From an uncultured virus (IMG/VR IMGVR_UViG_3300043094_000104) (taxonomy: Duplodnaviria; Heunggongvirae; Uroviricota; Caudoviricetes): DNA of 64,000 nucleotides. The notes under the pieces are model-generated. The model was not told the DNA's origin, made no database searches, and saw only the letters and a program-made list of their open reading frames with translations. The translations under genes and the position numbers were made by a program. Of the stretch, positions 40,020 to 51,348 are shown piece after piece. Positions within the stretch are counted from its first letter, which is position 1; the number at the start of each line of letters is the position of its first letter. The stretch lies in IMG/VR virus record IMGVR_UViG_3300043094_000104. One strand, 5' to 3'.

Positions 40020-40727
40020 TTACTTTTTAAAATTATAATATTTGATCATCAAATTTTTTTCTTTAGCTTTTTCTAAATATTCTTTAGAAAATGGTGTATT
40101 ATATCCAGTCATTGGAATAACTACTAAAGCATTATCTATATTATTTGAATGATCTATGTAGTCATATATATTACTAAGTTCATCATCAATTATTAAAGAT
40201 ACTTTTTCAATATCTTTAATAGATTCAGATTTAGTTTCAGTCATACCAGTAAATATAATTTCTACATCTTTAATAATAGGCAAAAATAATTTTTTAATAC
40301 AATCCTTTTTAGCATTCATAAATTCTTCAAAAGTTCTTGTAACAATGTATATCTTGTTAAATTTAAAATGATTATAATTAAACATGTCAATTAAAGCATT
40401 TACTAAAGGTGTTTGCATTACATATTGGTAAAAGGTTTTTTCACGGAAGTAAGCTTCCATGATAAAACCTCTAGCCACTAAATAATCTTCATTTGATAAA
40501 TCTTTTCTACAAAGCCAATCGCCAAAGTTATAAGTTGGTCTAGTGAGAGGATAATAGAAATCTTTATCATAACTATAATTCTTTGGAATTAAATTCATAT
40601 TGATATATGGTTCAAATACTTTAATATTCTTTACAATACAATTAAACCAATAATTAGTTGTAAAGGTTAGTACATCATCCATATCAATTACCATTGAGCC
40701 AGGCTCTATTTTACCTAATTTTTCCAT
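40020..40727 (-). CDS. HAD-superfamily 5'(3')-nucleotidase-like protein
   Basis: IDMDDVL, IVTR, K, IIDD motifs. Confidence 0.7.
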   Translation of the reverse strand: MEKLGKIEPGSMVIDMDDVLTFTTNYWFNCIVKNIKVFEPYINMNLIPKNYSYDKDFYYPLTRPTYNFGDWLCRKDLSNEDYLVARGFIMEAYFREKTFYQYVMQTPLVNALIDMFNYNHFKFNKIYIVTRTFEEFMNAKKDCIKKLFLPIIKDVEIIFTGMTETKSESIKDIEKVSLIIDDELSNIYDYIDHSNNIDNALVVIPMTGYNTPFSKEYLEKAKEKNLMIKYYNFKK

Positions 40728-40742
40728 TTAATTTTCTCCTTT

Positions 40743-42761
40743 TTAAATCTTAATTATATTTGTAGGAATTAAGTTATCATTTATTTTAGGTGTTTGAATA
40801 TTAAGACAATCAAGAATAATAACTCCAGAATTAAGATGATCAAATACCATATTATCAATATTTAAGAATGGTCTAATAAATACTGGAATTTCAGTTACAG
40901 TTTTAGGAATACTAATTACATTAATAATTCCATCTTTAACTAATAACTTTTTACTATTATTATCTTTGTCTTTATAACTTAAATCAAAAGCTTCACTTAT
41001 TCTATTTAAGAATACTTCCAATTCTTCATCATCAATAGTAATATCATTCTTAATTGCGTAATCTAAAATAGTTTCTCTTATTAAATCATAATCTTCTTCA
41101 ATAATTACTTTAACTACATTAACATTAGTTGGAAGAGTTATTTCATCTTCAGGGAATAAAGTATTCCAAGTTAAAACACCTCTTACTTGCATAACATTAG
41201 CTGGAATAGCATAACTTCCGATTTCGTTAGCTCTTGAAGGTAAAGTAAAAGTAATTTCTCCTTTATTGAAAGAATTCTTAATAACATCAATTAGATTAAA
41301 ATACTTTCTAATGATATTACTATAGTTAATTTCTTTAGCAAGAATAATATCATCTTTAAGAATATTAGTAAAATATTCACTAACAAATTTATTTGTGTTA
41401 GATTTCTTAATAGCTAATCCTTTAAGATCAATTTTCTGCTTTTTAATAAGTCTTCCTTCTTGCATTAATACTGAAGAAGCATAGCTCTTTTTATTCTTAG
41501 TTAAAAGTAATCTTGAAAGCATAAATTCATTTTTCATATTAATTAAAGGTCTATACTTTTCTTCAACATTATGAAGTTCACCAAATCTTAAATAAGCTTC
41601 GTTAATTACCTTAGTAATTAAATAAGTGATACAGTTAATTGAGCTAATAATCATTTCATTACTATCATCAACTTTGTCAATAGAATTCTTAAAATATTCA
41701 TATGCAGGTTTAAGATATAAGAAATTTGAATCTGTATCAACAGTAAGAACAGATTTTCTCTTACCTTTTTTGCAATAATTATATTTATTAATATCTATAT
41801 GATTATAGAAAACCCAATCTTTAACATAGAACCAAATATCTTCAAGAATTTCTTTATTTTCTTCTGAAGGATTATTAGGATCTAAGAAAGGTTCTTCATT
41901 ATTAAATATATCTTCAAAGTTTTTAATTAATTCTGAGTCAGTTAAAAATTCATAAAGATTATTTTTATAATAAACTTTATTGATTTCTTCTTGAGACAAA
42001 TTATCAATATAATTCATTATAGCTTCATTATCTCTTAAGTCTAATTGAATTTTATATAATTCATCTCTGTCATAAAAATGATCATTAAACCAGTCAATTA
42101 AACAATCTTTAGAAATTCCTTCAAATTCTATTTCTGATTCATATTCTTCATTAAGAATATTTTCAATATAAGTTACAACATCACTCGGATCATATAAATG
42201 AAAATTATTCCTTAAGAACTTTTCAAATGTATCAATCGCTGTCATAATTATTTCTTCACCACTTGAAGTAACTGACTCACCACAATCTAAGTCTCTAAAG
42301 ATACTTCCATTAGCAGTTAACACACCATAATATGAATTCATTACGCTAGCTTTATATGTCTGCTGAATAGCATCATATCTTTTCATAATGGTCGGATCTT
42401 CATCATTGATATGCTCAAACTTTTTAGCTTTAGCAGCTTTTCTTCTTTTACCAGTAGCATCCAACATTTTACTTTCCAAAGCTTCTTTAACAGAATGTTG
42501 AATATAAGTTGTTCCATATTTTGTGATTACTGGTTTTGCTTTATCAAGAGATCTTTCTAAAGCATTGATTGATGGATATTTGTCATCATTGATTTGATCA
42601 AAATATTTAACTTGAACTGTGATATTATCATCCTGATAATCTCTTTCATCAATAATATCTTCAAGTTTACTTTCAATTTCTTCTTCACTTTTATCTGGAA
42701 AAGATCTCTTAAGAAATTGAATCATTTTTGATTTATAGTCTTCTAATTTTTTACTAAGCAT
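40743..42761 (-). CDS. Family-B DNA polymerase subunit (split, phiKZ/AR9-type)
   Basis: Motif B KASVMNSYYG, motif C VDTDS, KKSYA, LKGL; no exonuclease domain or motif A visible. Confidence 0.85.
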   Translation of the reverse strand: MLSKKLEDYKSKMIQFLKRSFPDKSEEEIESKLEDIIDERDYQDDNITVQVKYFDQINDDKYPSINALERSLDKAKPVITKYGTTYIQHSVKEALESKMLDATGKRRKAAKAKKFEHINDEDPTIMKRYDAIQQTYKASVMNSYYGVLTANGSIFRDLDCGESVTSSGEEIIMTAIDTFEKFLRNNFHLYDPSDVVTYIENILNEEYESEIEFEGISKDCLIDWFNDHFYDRDELYKIQLDLRDNEAIMNYIDNLSQEEINKVYYKNNLYEFLTDSELIKNFEDIFNNEEPFLDPNNPSEENKEILEDIWFYVKDWVFYNHIDINKYNYCKKGKRKSVLTVDTDSNFLYLKPAYEYFKNSIDKVDDSNEMIISSINCITYLITKVINEAYLRFGELHNVEEKYRPLINMKNEFMLSRLLLTKNKKSYASSVLMQEGRLIKKQKIDLKGLAIKKSNTNKFVSEYFTNILKDDIILAKEINYSNIIRKYFNLIDVIKNSFNKGEITFTLPSRANEIGSYAIPANVMQVRGVLTWNTLFPEDEITLPTNVNVVKVIIEEDYDLIRETILDYAIKNDITIDDEELEVFLNRISEAFDLSYKDKDNNSKKLLVKDGIINVISIPKTVTEIPVFIRPFLNIDNMVFDHLNSGVIILDCLNIQTPKINDNLIPTNIIKI

Positions 42762-42907
42762 TTAATTATTCCTCCTTTTATATAAATGCATAAATATAAT
42801 ATATAAATATACTTTTTTGTTATTTTTGAATTTAAATAGATGGGAAATTAACAATAATTTATTATATTTATAATAAAATATATTTTATTACGAAGGGAGC
42901 TATTAAA

Positions 42908-43234
42908 ATGTCTCAATTTTTTGATAACTATAATGCAGATAGTGTAATTGAATACATGAACGAATCTTTTGACATCATTTATCAGAATGCACATGCAGGA
43001 GAAAATGCTGCGCTTAATGAAGCTAACGTAATTAAGTTAGATAATCAGACTATGAAGAAGAAGATGATTCGTAGAGCTGAATTAGCAGCTGCAAAGTCAG
43101 CAGACGATCCTTTATATCATAAGTATGTTAAGCATAGTAAGCTTAGAAAGCAGTATAGAAGACAGATTCATGATAAATATAATTCTAAGGCTAATATCAT
43201 CTACAAGCAGTGGGTAGCAGCTAACAGAGGTTAA
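42908..43234 (+). CDS. Small basic putative virion protein with acidic propeptide
   Basis: YMNES, ALNE then basic core; late-type promoter at 42850. Confidence 0.55.
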   Translation: MSQFFDNYNADSVIEYMNESFDIIYQNAHAGENAALNEANVIKLDNQTMKKKMIRRAELAAAKSADDPLYHKYVKHSKLRKQYRRQIHDKYNSKANIIYKQWVAANRG

Positions 43235-43393
43235 TAATTGAAAGTGTTATAACGATTTTTCGTTATAACACTTTTTTTATTTATAATTTTAATTTATTAT
43301 TTTAAAATATATATTATAAAAATGTAAATATTTAAATTTTAATTATAATTTAAATATTTAATTATTAACTATAAATAGGAGGAAGCTAAAATT

Positions 43394-45292
43394 ATGATTA
43401 GCAAAAATTTAAAAATTAATGTAAATGATCTATTTAATGATCCAGATGAAAGTAAGTATGAAGAATTAATGAATGAAATTTCAACTTATATTACAGAGGA
43501 TATTGAAAGAAGACATGAAACTTGTTTGGTATCATTTATGGGAGAAAAATTAAAAGAACTACCTTTGGGACAGACTTTAACTTATCTAATAATTCTTGAA
43601 CCATTTTATGTTTATAGTGAAGATATTAATGTTGATGTTATTCCAGATGTAAGTAATATTAATGAAATTGAAAAGTATTATGATTGGTGTATTGATTATT
43701 TTGGTATTCAATTAGGTAATACTGATATTGGTGAAGTTCTAGTAGATATTATTGATAGACTTAACCAAATTACTTGTGATATGACACAAAGTTTTGGACC
43801 AACATTTGATTTACACACATTTATTAAAATTGCTGAAAGAAATAAAAGATTTGCAGAGATTTTGTATGAACCAGATAAGTTTGTTAAAGAAAATGAAGGT
43901 AATCTAACTGCTGAAGAAATTGTAAATCATACTCATGATATTATTGATGAAGTTCAAGAATGTATCATTAATGATCCAGATAATAATTTTAAGAACTTTA
44001 TTACTTCTGGAGCAGGAATTAACTCAAAACAGCTTGGACAGGTTCTTGGTTATATTGGTCTTAAGCCAGATCTTAAAGAGAAAATTATTCCAAGATCAAT
44101 TGATACAAATTTCTGTATGGGATTAAGAAATATTACTGATTATTATATAAATGCAGTAGGTTGTCTTAAAGCTCTTATCACTGTTAAAATTCAAACTAAG
44201 AATTCTGGTTATCTTACTAGAAAGCTTCAGATACTTCTTAATGATGAATATATTTCTGATGTAGATGATTGTGGTACAAAACACTTACTACCTTTTACAG
44301 TAGAAAGTAAAGCACATCTAAATCATATAAATAATCTTTATTATTCTAAGAAGTCTAACGGAACAAAACTTTCTAAAATTAATAGTGATAAAAATAAAGA
44401 TCTTATTGGTCAGACAATTTATTTAAGAACTCCTATTACTTGTGCTTGTAATAATGGTATTTGTAAAAAGTGTTATGGAGATATGTATAAGATTAATCAG
44501 AATATGAATGTTGGTTTAATTGCTGCATTAACTATTACTAATATGATTACTCAAACAAATCTTTCAGTAAAGCATCTTCTTCAGGCTGTTGTATTGAATA
44601 ATCTTCATCCAGATCTTCTTAAATATTTTAATATTGAAATTGATAAGCTAAGTATTAAAGATGAATATCTTGATAAGATTAGTTTAGCATTTAATAGAGA
44701 TATTAGTTGTGATAATCCTAATGGTGAATATGAAGTAAGAACTATTACTGTAATAGATGGTGATGAAATAATTGATATTGAAAATCAAATTCTATTTAAT
44801 GTTAATCCAGAGATTAATGAACTAATTACTTCAGATGTTAATAAAGATTTAGATAAATATGTAGTTAAAGGTAAAAAGCTAAAAGACTTTGATTATATTT
44901 TTAATTATTCAGTTGAAAATAATTCATTATCTGGTCCTATGCTTAAGTTAAAAGAAATTATTGAAAAGAATGAGTTTATTAAATCTCATGATGCATTTGA
45001 ATTGTTTAATAAGATTGTAGAAATTCTTATTGAAAGTAAAAGTAAAACTGATTATATTCATATTGGTGTTCTAATTAAGAATCTAATGAAAGTAGAAGGA
45101 AATAGAGAATCATTTACTAATAAGGAATTTCCTGAATATACACTTTATTCTGTTCCTGATGCTATTCATTATTGTTCAAATAGTATTTCTAAGCCATTGC
45201 TATTTGAGAGAATCAAGGATCAGTTGTTACTTGATAAATACGGTACATTAGATAAGAGAGGTTACTCTAACTACGATGTACTATTGAAGTAA
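43394..45292 (+). CDS. Multisubunit RNA polymerase beta-prime C-terminal subunit (probably non-virion RNAP)
   Basis: SGYLTRKL, DCGT, LRTPITC...ICKKCYG, NVGLIAA...TQTNLSVKH; early-type promoter; followed by SF2 helicase as in phiKZ gp74-gp75. Confidence 0.88.
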   Translation: MISKNLKINVNDLFNDPDESKYEELMNEISTYITEDIERRHETCLVSFMGEKLKELPLGQTLTYLIILEPFYVYSEDINVDVIPDVSNINEIEKYYDWCIDYFGIQLGNTDIGEVLVDIIDRLNQITCDMTQSFGPTFDLHTFIKIAERNKRFAEILYEPDKFVKENEGNLTAEEIVNHTHDIIDEVQECIINDPDNNFKNFITSGAGINSKQLGQVLGYIGLKPDLKEKIIPRSIDTNFCMGLRNITDYYINAVGCLKALITVKIQTKNSGYLTRKLQILLNDEYISDVDDCGTKHLLPFTVESKAHLNHINNLYYSKKSNGTKLSKINSDKNKDLIGQTIYLRTPITCACNNGICKKCYGDMYKINQNMNVGLIAALTITNMITQTNLSVKHLLQAVVLNNLHPDLLKYFNIEIDKLSIKDEYLDKISLAFNRDISCDNPNGEYEVRTITVIDGDEIIDIENQILFNVNPEINELITSDVNKDLDKYVVKGKKLKDFDYIFNYSVENNSLSGPMLKLKEIIEKNEFIKSHDAFELFNKIVEILIESKSKTDYIHIGVLIKNLMKVEGNRESFTNKEFPEYTLYSVPDAIHYCSNSISKPLLFERIKDQLLLDKYGTLDKRGYSNYDVLLK

Positions 45293-45394
45293 TTTTAAAG
45301 AGGTCGAAAGAGGGAATAATCCTTCTTTCGACTTAAAATTTAAATTTAAATCTAACAAATTTATATTTAAATTTATAAAATTCGGAGGTTAAAT

Positions 45395-46897
45395 ATGGTT
45401 GAAATAAGTGAACGTAAAATTACTTTATTTCCTACTAGAATAGTTATTGAACCTTATGAAGAAAGAAATTCTAAGATTGAAAACTCTTTTAGTGTTTGGA
45501 ATGAAGTTACACATTCATATGATTTTCAAGCCTTCATAAAAGATGAAATAAATAATAGATTAATTATTCCAACAAGTTACACAAAAAACGAATTAAAATT
45601 AATGTACCCAACATATCAAATTGTAGATAGACGTAATATTTGTGAAAGCTATATGAATGCAAACAGACGTGTTGACAGAATTAATATGAAATATGATTTT
45701 AAGAATGATCTTCAAAAAAAGGCTTTAGACTTTTTGAATAAAAAAGAAAATATTAGACATCTATATAGACCTATGCAAAGATACTTATGTTTGAAAACAG
45801 GTGATGGTAAAACATATTGTGCGGTTAGATATATAGTTGATAATTGTGATAGACCTATTATTTTTGTTGATCAAGATTCATTAGGGCAGCAATGGAAAGA
45901 AAGAATATTAGAATATACAGATACTAAAGAAGAAGAAATTTATTATATTTCTGGAACTCCATCTATTAATAAATTAATGGAAAAAGATGATAGTGATATT
46001 CTAAAGATTAAATTCTTTATTTGTTGTTATAGAACATTGACTAATAATATTAAAAATACAAATAATTCAAATTTAATTAGTTCTTTGTTTAATAAAATAA
46101 AAATTACATTAAAAATATTTGATGAAGCTCATATTGAATACAGATCTATTTTTAAAATAGATATGATTTCAAATATAAGAAGTATTTATCTTTCTGCAAC
46201 GCCTAAGAGAAGTGATCCAAAGGAAGATAAAGTATATCAAAAAATATTTTATAATGTTAAAAAGTTCTTTTCAGATTCAGTAGAAAAAGAAGAGAATTAT
46301 CACAATATTATTTTATATAATTGGAATTCAAAACCATCATTAACAGATCAAACAAAATGTTCTACTAAATATGGTTTTTCAATGGCTAGATATTGTTCTT
46401 ATCTTGAAGAAAATAAATATGACCAGTTTGAAGAATTCTTATATGAAATAATTTTTAAAACAGTTTTAGCTAATAGAAAGAAAAAGAAAATGGCTATATT
46501 ATTTGGAACTCTATCACTTCTTGATAAGTTTTATAATAATCTAGTAAAATATGTAAGTGATCAAGGATATAAATTAACAGTAAATAAATTTACAGGTAAT
46601 ACTGATAAAAAAGAAAAATTAGATATTCTTGAGACAACTGATATAATACTTACTACAGATAAATCATTTAGTAAAGGAATGGATGTAAAGAATCTTCAAG
46701 TATTAATCAATACAGTTCCTTTTTCATCTGATACTAAATTAATTCAGGTAGTTGGTAGATTAAGAAAAATTCCAGATAAAGAGGTTATTTTTATTGATGT
46801 TAATGATTTTGGTTTTGACGCTATTAAATGGCAAACAAACTCTAAGAAAAAAGTTTATGAAGTTTTAGCCAAGAATCTTTTTATAAAAAATAAATAA
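45395..46897 (+). CDS. Superfamily 2 DEAH helicase
   Basis: KTGDGKT, FDEAH, LSATP, KGMD, QVVGRLR. Confidence 0.92.
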   Translation: MVEISERKITLFPTRIVIEPYEERNSKIENSFSVWNEVTHSYDFQAFIKDEINNRLIIPTSYTKNELKLMYPTYQIVDRRNICESYMNANRRVDRINMKYDFKNDLQKKALDFLNKKENIRHLYRPMQRYLCLKTGDGKTYCAVRYIVDNCDRPIIFVDQDSLGQQWKERILEYTDTKEEEIYYISGTPSINKLMEKDDSDILKIKFFICCYRTLTNNIKNTNNSNLISSLFNKIKITLKIFDEAHIEYRSIFKIDMISNIRSIYLSATPKRSDPKEDKVYQKIFYNVKKFFSDSVEKEENYHNIILYNWNSKPSLTDQTKCSTKYGFSMARYCSYLEENKYDQFEEFLYEIIFKTVLANRKKKKMAILFGTLSLLDKFYNNLVKYVSDQGYKLTVNKFTGNTDKKEKLDILETTDIILTTDKSFSKGMDVKNLQVLINTVPFSSDTKLIQVVGRLRKIPDKEVIFIDVNDFGFDAIKWQTNSKKKVYEVLAKNLFIKNK

Positions 46898-46929
46898 ACA
46901 TATATTATAAATGTGAAAAGGAGGAAATT

Positions 46930-47637
46930 ATGGCTAATTTAGAAGTTAATTATTACGATAAAGATATTATTAATAAATATCTAGATTGGTATAAACAAGA
47001 AAACAATAAAAAGGAGGAAACTGTAATGACAAAATCAGAAACCGTTAATAGCTTTTTAGAATTAAGTAAAAAAATGAGCTTTATGCTCGATCAGTGTAAT
47101 ATTGATTTTAATAAAGAGTGTAATGCTATTATTGGTTTAACAAAAGAAAACATTAATAAGTTTTCAATTGTTTATAATATTGATAAGCATAACGTATTAC
47201 TAGTTTATAAGGTAGAAAATCCTACTTTATTAAATGTAACAAATCATAGTGAGACAGTTAATGTTTCATTTGCTGAAATTGATTTTGTGAGTGAAACAAT
47301 TACTAAAACTGATTATGAAAATTATTTAAATATAGTTGATTTAGTTTTAGATACTTTTGATAAAGAAAAGATTACTCTTGAAAAAGAGAAAAGTATTCTT
47401 TATAATAAAAGTAATAACTTTTGGTTTAGATTAACTCATCCTAGAGTTGGCACTGCTATAAAAAATATTGACAGTGCTTTAAATCAGTTAAATCAATATG
47501 AATCAGATATTGTTAAAGAGAAAGATTTATTAGCAAATAAAACTATAATTGACGATATATTTAAAACATTTGTTGATGAAGTAGGTCATACTTATGGACT
47601 CATGAATTTAAAATATTCAAATAATAAAGGATGGTAA
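46930..47637 (+). CDS. Hypothetical protein
   Basis: 235-aa ORF, SD AAGGAGG. Confidence 0.7.
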   Translation: MANLEVNYYDKDIINKYLDWYKQENNKKEETVMTKSETVNSFLELSKKMSFMLDQCNIDFNKECNAIIGLTKENINKFSIVYNIDKHNVLLVYKVENPTLLNVTNHSETVNVSFAEIDFVSETITKTDYENYLNIVDLVLDTFDKEKITLEKEKSILYNKSNNFWFRLTHPRVGTAIKNIDSALNQLNQYESDIVKEKDLLANKTIIDDIFKTFVDEVGHTYGLMNLKYSNNKGW

Positions 47638-47641
47638 TAAT

Positions 47642-48262
47642 ATGAAGAATCTATATATTAGATTATATTATGATCTAAAAGATATTAAGAAGACTTCAAT
47701 ATGGAAGATGGCTTTAACTGATAGTGATAGCCATATTCTTTATATTGAAACTTTACATGATAAAGTCTCATCTGATCTTCCAGAATCAGAATATGTGAAA
47801 TTAACTCAGAAGAGTTATTTCAAAGGTTTAGCAGCTGCTGATGCTAATTTAGCTACATTAGAATTAGTTAATCAAATTGATAACACGGGAAGTACAAATA
47901 TAAATATTTTCGTTAATGAAGACGAAGAAATTCGCAATAAAATTAACAGATATTTAGATAAATATTTTAATAAAAGTGAAGATAAAAATTTAAATTTAAT
48001 CTTCAAAGACTCCTTCGAAGAAATTTTATTCCTTAATTTTATGGGTGAAGATTTCTTTAAGGATTACACTGTTAGAACTGCTAATATTACTAATATTTTC
48101 TGTGATCCAGACAAGCGTTATGAAATTATTTGTGACGAATCTGTTAAAAAATCACTAGAAGATTTAAAAGATAATGAAGAAATAAAATCTTTATTCTCTT
48201 ACATTACTATAGTTGTAGAAGATCTTATTCTTAAAGATCTTTTCACATATATCAATAAATAA
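47642..48262 (+). CDS. Hypothetical protein
   Basis: 206-aa ORF in operon. Confidence 0.7.
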   Translation: MKNLYIRLYYDLKDIKKTSIWKMALTDSDSHILYIETLHDKVSSDLPESEYVKLTQKSYFKGLAAADANLATLELVNQIDNTGSTNINIFVNEDEEIRNKINRYLDKYFNKSEDKNLNLIFKDSFEEILFLNFMGEDFFKDYTVRTANITNIFCDPDKRYEIICDESVKKSLEDLKDNEEIKSLFSYITIVVEDLILKDLFTYINK

Positions 48263-48286
48263 TTTATTTCTCAGGAGGAAAATAAC

Positions 48287-49234
48287 ATGAAAAATTCTAT
48301 TGAAAAAATTTACGGTAAGGTATTCGAAGTTGGTCATATGTCTTTAAACACTGTCATCCAGAATGGAACTAAAACTCCATCTAATGAAATGAGAAGAGAT
48401 TCATATTATTATAATACTTATGAATCAGGTAAGTATTCTAATTTAGATAAGCTTGATCAGCTTCAAATTAATTATAACTCTTATTTAGCTCTTTCTTATA
48501 AAGGTTATGACGAAAATAAAAAGTTCTTTAATAAGGAAATTTGGATGAATAATACTTCACTTGAAAATTTCAAAGATTTCATTGAATATTCTTATGATTA
48601 CATTAGTCAGAATGCTAAAAGAATTTATGGAAAAAATGATATTAACAAAGAATTTGAAGACTTTATTATTCATACTGGATATAATGATGATGGTTCAGGT
48701 TTTGGGGCTATTGATAGTCTTGGTACTATTAGTTATGTATATCCTTTAATGCTAAGTACTGAGGATAATAAAAATACTTATAATGGTATTATGCTTGGTA
48801 TAGAAACACCTAAAGAAGAACAGTATGAGCAAGAAATGTCATTAAGTACTTTTTATACTTTTGTAATGACTATTAAAAATTATAATAGTCAATTAGATGG
48901 AAGACTTGTTTCTATTATGGGACTTCTATATCAAATTCTAAATGATGAATCTTCAGCTAATAGTTATTCAGGACCTACTTATTCTAATAAAATTCCTTCA
49001 AGAACTGTTACTAAGAAGCCTGTGATTCAGAGAAGACAGACTCTTTCAGAAGCGATGGCTACAGTAAAGAAGGATGAAGAAGCTGAAGAAAAGGAAGAAA
49101 TTAAAGAAGAACTTCCAAAGAGAAGTACAAAGAAGAATGTTGTTAAGAAGACTGAAAAAGTATCTTTAAATGATATTCTTGCTGAAGCTGAAAATATGGA
49201 AATCGATTTAGATGATGAAGGAGAAGAATATTAA
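48287..49234 (+). CDS. Hypothetical protein with acidic C-terminal tail (possibly SSB-like)
   Basis: Ends EIDLDDEGEEY after a flexible charged linker. Confidence 0.55.
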   Translation: MKNSIEKIYGKVFEVGHMSLNTVIQNGTKTPSNEMRRDSYYYNTYESGKYSNLDKLDQLQINYNSYLALSYKGYDENKKFFNKEIWMNNTSLENFKDFIEYSYDYISQNAKRIYGKNDINKEFEDFIIHTGYNDDGSGFGAIDSLGTISYVYPLMLSTEDNKNTYNGIMLGIETPKEEQYEQEMSLSTFYTFVMTIKNYNSQLDGRLVSIMGLLYQILNDESSANSYSGPTYSNKIPSRTVTKKPVIQRRQTLSEAMATVKKDEEAEEKEEIKEELPKRSTKKNVVKKTEKVSLNDILAEAENMEIDLDDEGEEY

Positions 49235-49653
49235 TGATTGACATCAAATTGGATGATGAGTTAGATTCATTATTTGATGAAGCATCAGAAGTTTGTGGTA
49301 CGTCTGAAACATCTGACAAAAAGACTGTAGCTAAAACTAATGAAACAATTACTTTTGTCATTAATGAAAACGATGATGAATTTAAAGCTTCATTGAAGAA
49401 TTTAATAAATAACTCAGGAATCACAACTCAAGATATTTATGATATTAAAAGCCAGAATAATGGTTATAATATGATTTATAGTCTCAGAAAGAAAGGTCAA
49501 TTAGGTATAGACCGTATTAAGGCTTGGTGTAATATTTTACATAAAAAGCCAGTTCTTACTTTTGTTGATATGACAGAAGAAGAAGCCAAACAAGTAGATG
49601 AAGAACTTTTAAATGAGTTAAAAAATCCTACTAAAAAGAATAAAAAGAAATAA
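49234..49653 (+). CDS. Hypothetical protein, possible HTH
   Basis: GITTQDIY...GYNMIYSLRKKGQLGIDRIKAWCNIL. Confidence 0.55.
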   Translation: MIDIKLDDELDSLFDEASEVCGTSETSDKKTVAKTNETITFVINENDDEFKASLKNLINNSGITTQDIYDIKSQNNGYNMIYSLRKKGQLGIDRIKAWCNILHKKPVLTFVDMTEEEAKQVDEELLNELKNPTKKNKKK

Positions 49654-49754
49654 CATATAATAAATTTATTAATTATGGCGTATGATAACATTAATTTAAA
49701 ATATCATACGTCATAATTTTTTTTTTGATATAATTTTATAAAGGAGTAATTTTT

Positions 49755-50378
49755 ATGTTTTTATTGAATAATGAAGAGCTTAGTAAAGATATTAAAAATA
49801 TGACTATGCTGGAAATTGAGTATTATGTAGAACATCTAAAGCAGACTATTTATAGCTTAACAAGTACCATGCAATTAATAATTTCTTCTCTTGATACAGT
49901 TAAGGATGATTTAGATACATTTAATAATACTAAAATAAAGCAGGATTATCCAAGAGCCATTGAAGAAAAGAAAAAAGAGCGTAAAAAGCTGAAGGATGAA
50001 AAAGAAACAAATATAATTGATGAATCTGCTAATGAAATTGAAGAATTTAAAGAAGAGCTTAATAAGTATGCTCATTTAAATGAAGATGATGAATACAGCA
50101 ATAATTATTTTCTAGAAGCTGTATTTAGTATTGAAAATACAAATAAGCAAGATAGTATTTTATTAGGTAAAAATAGTTCATTCTGTGTAAAGAGTGTTGA
50201 ACCAACTAATTATGCAGAGATTAAAGATCTAATAGAACATAATCCAATTTTTGTTTTCAATGAAAAATTATCTGCAGATGAAATTAATTATTTATGGAAG
50301 AATTTTAAAGATAATTATTCTAATAATATTTATCATAATGATGTTGATTTAATTTCAATTAATACAATTGTATTTTAA
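49755..50378 (+). CDS. Hypothetical coiled-coil protein
   Basis: 207-aa ORF, SD AAGGAG. Confidence 0.7.
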   Translation: MFLLNNEELSKDIKNMTMLEIEYYVEHLKQTIYSLTSTMQLIISSLDTVKDDLDTFNNTKIKQDYPRAIEEKKKERKKLKDEKETNIIDESANEIEEFKEELNKYAHLNEDDEYSNNYFLEAVFSIENTNKQDSILLGKNSSFCVKSVEPTNYAEIKDLIEHNPIFVFNEKLSADEINYLWKNFKDNYSNNIYHNDVDLISINTIVF

Positions 50379-50422
50379 ATAAAAGTCCCTAATACCGTTT
50401 AAGGTATTAGGGATATTTTTTT

Positions 50423-51280
50423 TTATTCAGTTTCTTCAGTTGAAGAACTCTTAGTAGATTTAATTGTACCAATTTCATCTTCTTCAGATTCTAATATAAA
50501 TAACTTTGTAATGATATCTTCTAATGAAGTATTCTTAATAGAATCACCAACAACACAACCACCAATCTTAGTAGTTATTAAACTTGGTGCAGATTTTGGT
50601 AACTTGCCTTCAACGCCAAATTGTGCTACATCCTTAGTTGTAACAGGTTTTGCAATAAAGTTAATTAATAATTTCTTTTCACCAAAAATAACAAGAGGTG
50701 GTGTGTCAATTTCCTTAACTTTTTCTTTAGTAGTTGTAACAGTGCCTAACATTCCAAAATAAGGACTCTCTAAAGCTTCATTATAATCTTTGTATAAAGC
50801 AGTAATTCTTTCAATTTCTTCAGTATAATTTTTAATAATATCATCAGACTGTGTTGAAGCAGTATCACTAGCTGTGATACCATAATAAGAAGTAGCTTCT
50901 TCTAAAACTTTTTCAGGGTCATATTCTGGAATTTCTTCATCTGGTTTTTGAACATAGAAGAAAATATTTTCACCTACATTATAGCTAGAAAGATCGAACT
51001 CTTCTTCACTAAATTCAGATGGCTTAATAATATGATCTACAATAACATAACCTTGCTGAGCCATATTAGACCAATATAAACCCATATTAGAAGCTTCTGT
51101 TTCATTAAATTCATCATAAACATGAATCTTAACACCAGCAAATTGTAATAATCTATACTTTTGATCTGAAATTAAAGTATATTCAGAATTTAGAACTTTT
51201 TCTAAATCTTTAGAAAATATAGCTGTGACATCTTCCTTAAGAGGAATATCAAAATCACGCATAATTTTAACAAGTTTCAT
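50423..51280 (-). CDS. Hypothetical protein, paralog of 51349
   Basis: MKLVK, LLQF, KPSEF, TTKDVAQFGVEGKLPK. Confidence 0.75.
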   Translation of the reverse strand: MKLVKIMRDFDIPLKEDVTAIFSKDLEKVLNSEYTLISDQKYRLLQFAGVKIHVYDEFNETEASNMGLYWSNMAQQGYVIVDHIIKPSEFSEEEFDLSSYNVGENIFFYVQKPDEEIPEYDPEKVLEEATSYYGITASDTASTQSDDIIKNYTEEIERITALYKDYNEALESPYFGMLGTVTTTKEKVKEIDTPPLVIFGEKKLLINFIAKPVTTKDVAQFGVEGKLPKSAPSLITTKIGGCVVGDSIKNTSLEDIITKLFILESEEDEIGTIKSTKSSSTEETE

Positions 51281-51348
51281 TGTTATTTGCCCCTTTCTAT
51301 AATTATTTTAATTCCGATAATGAATTTTTCATTATCGGAATATATTTA

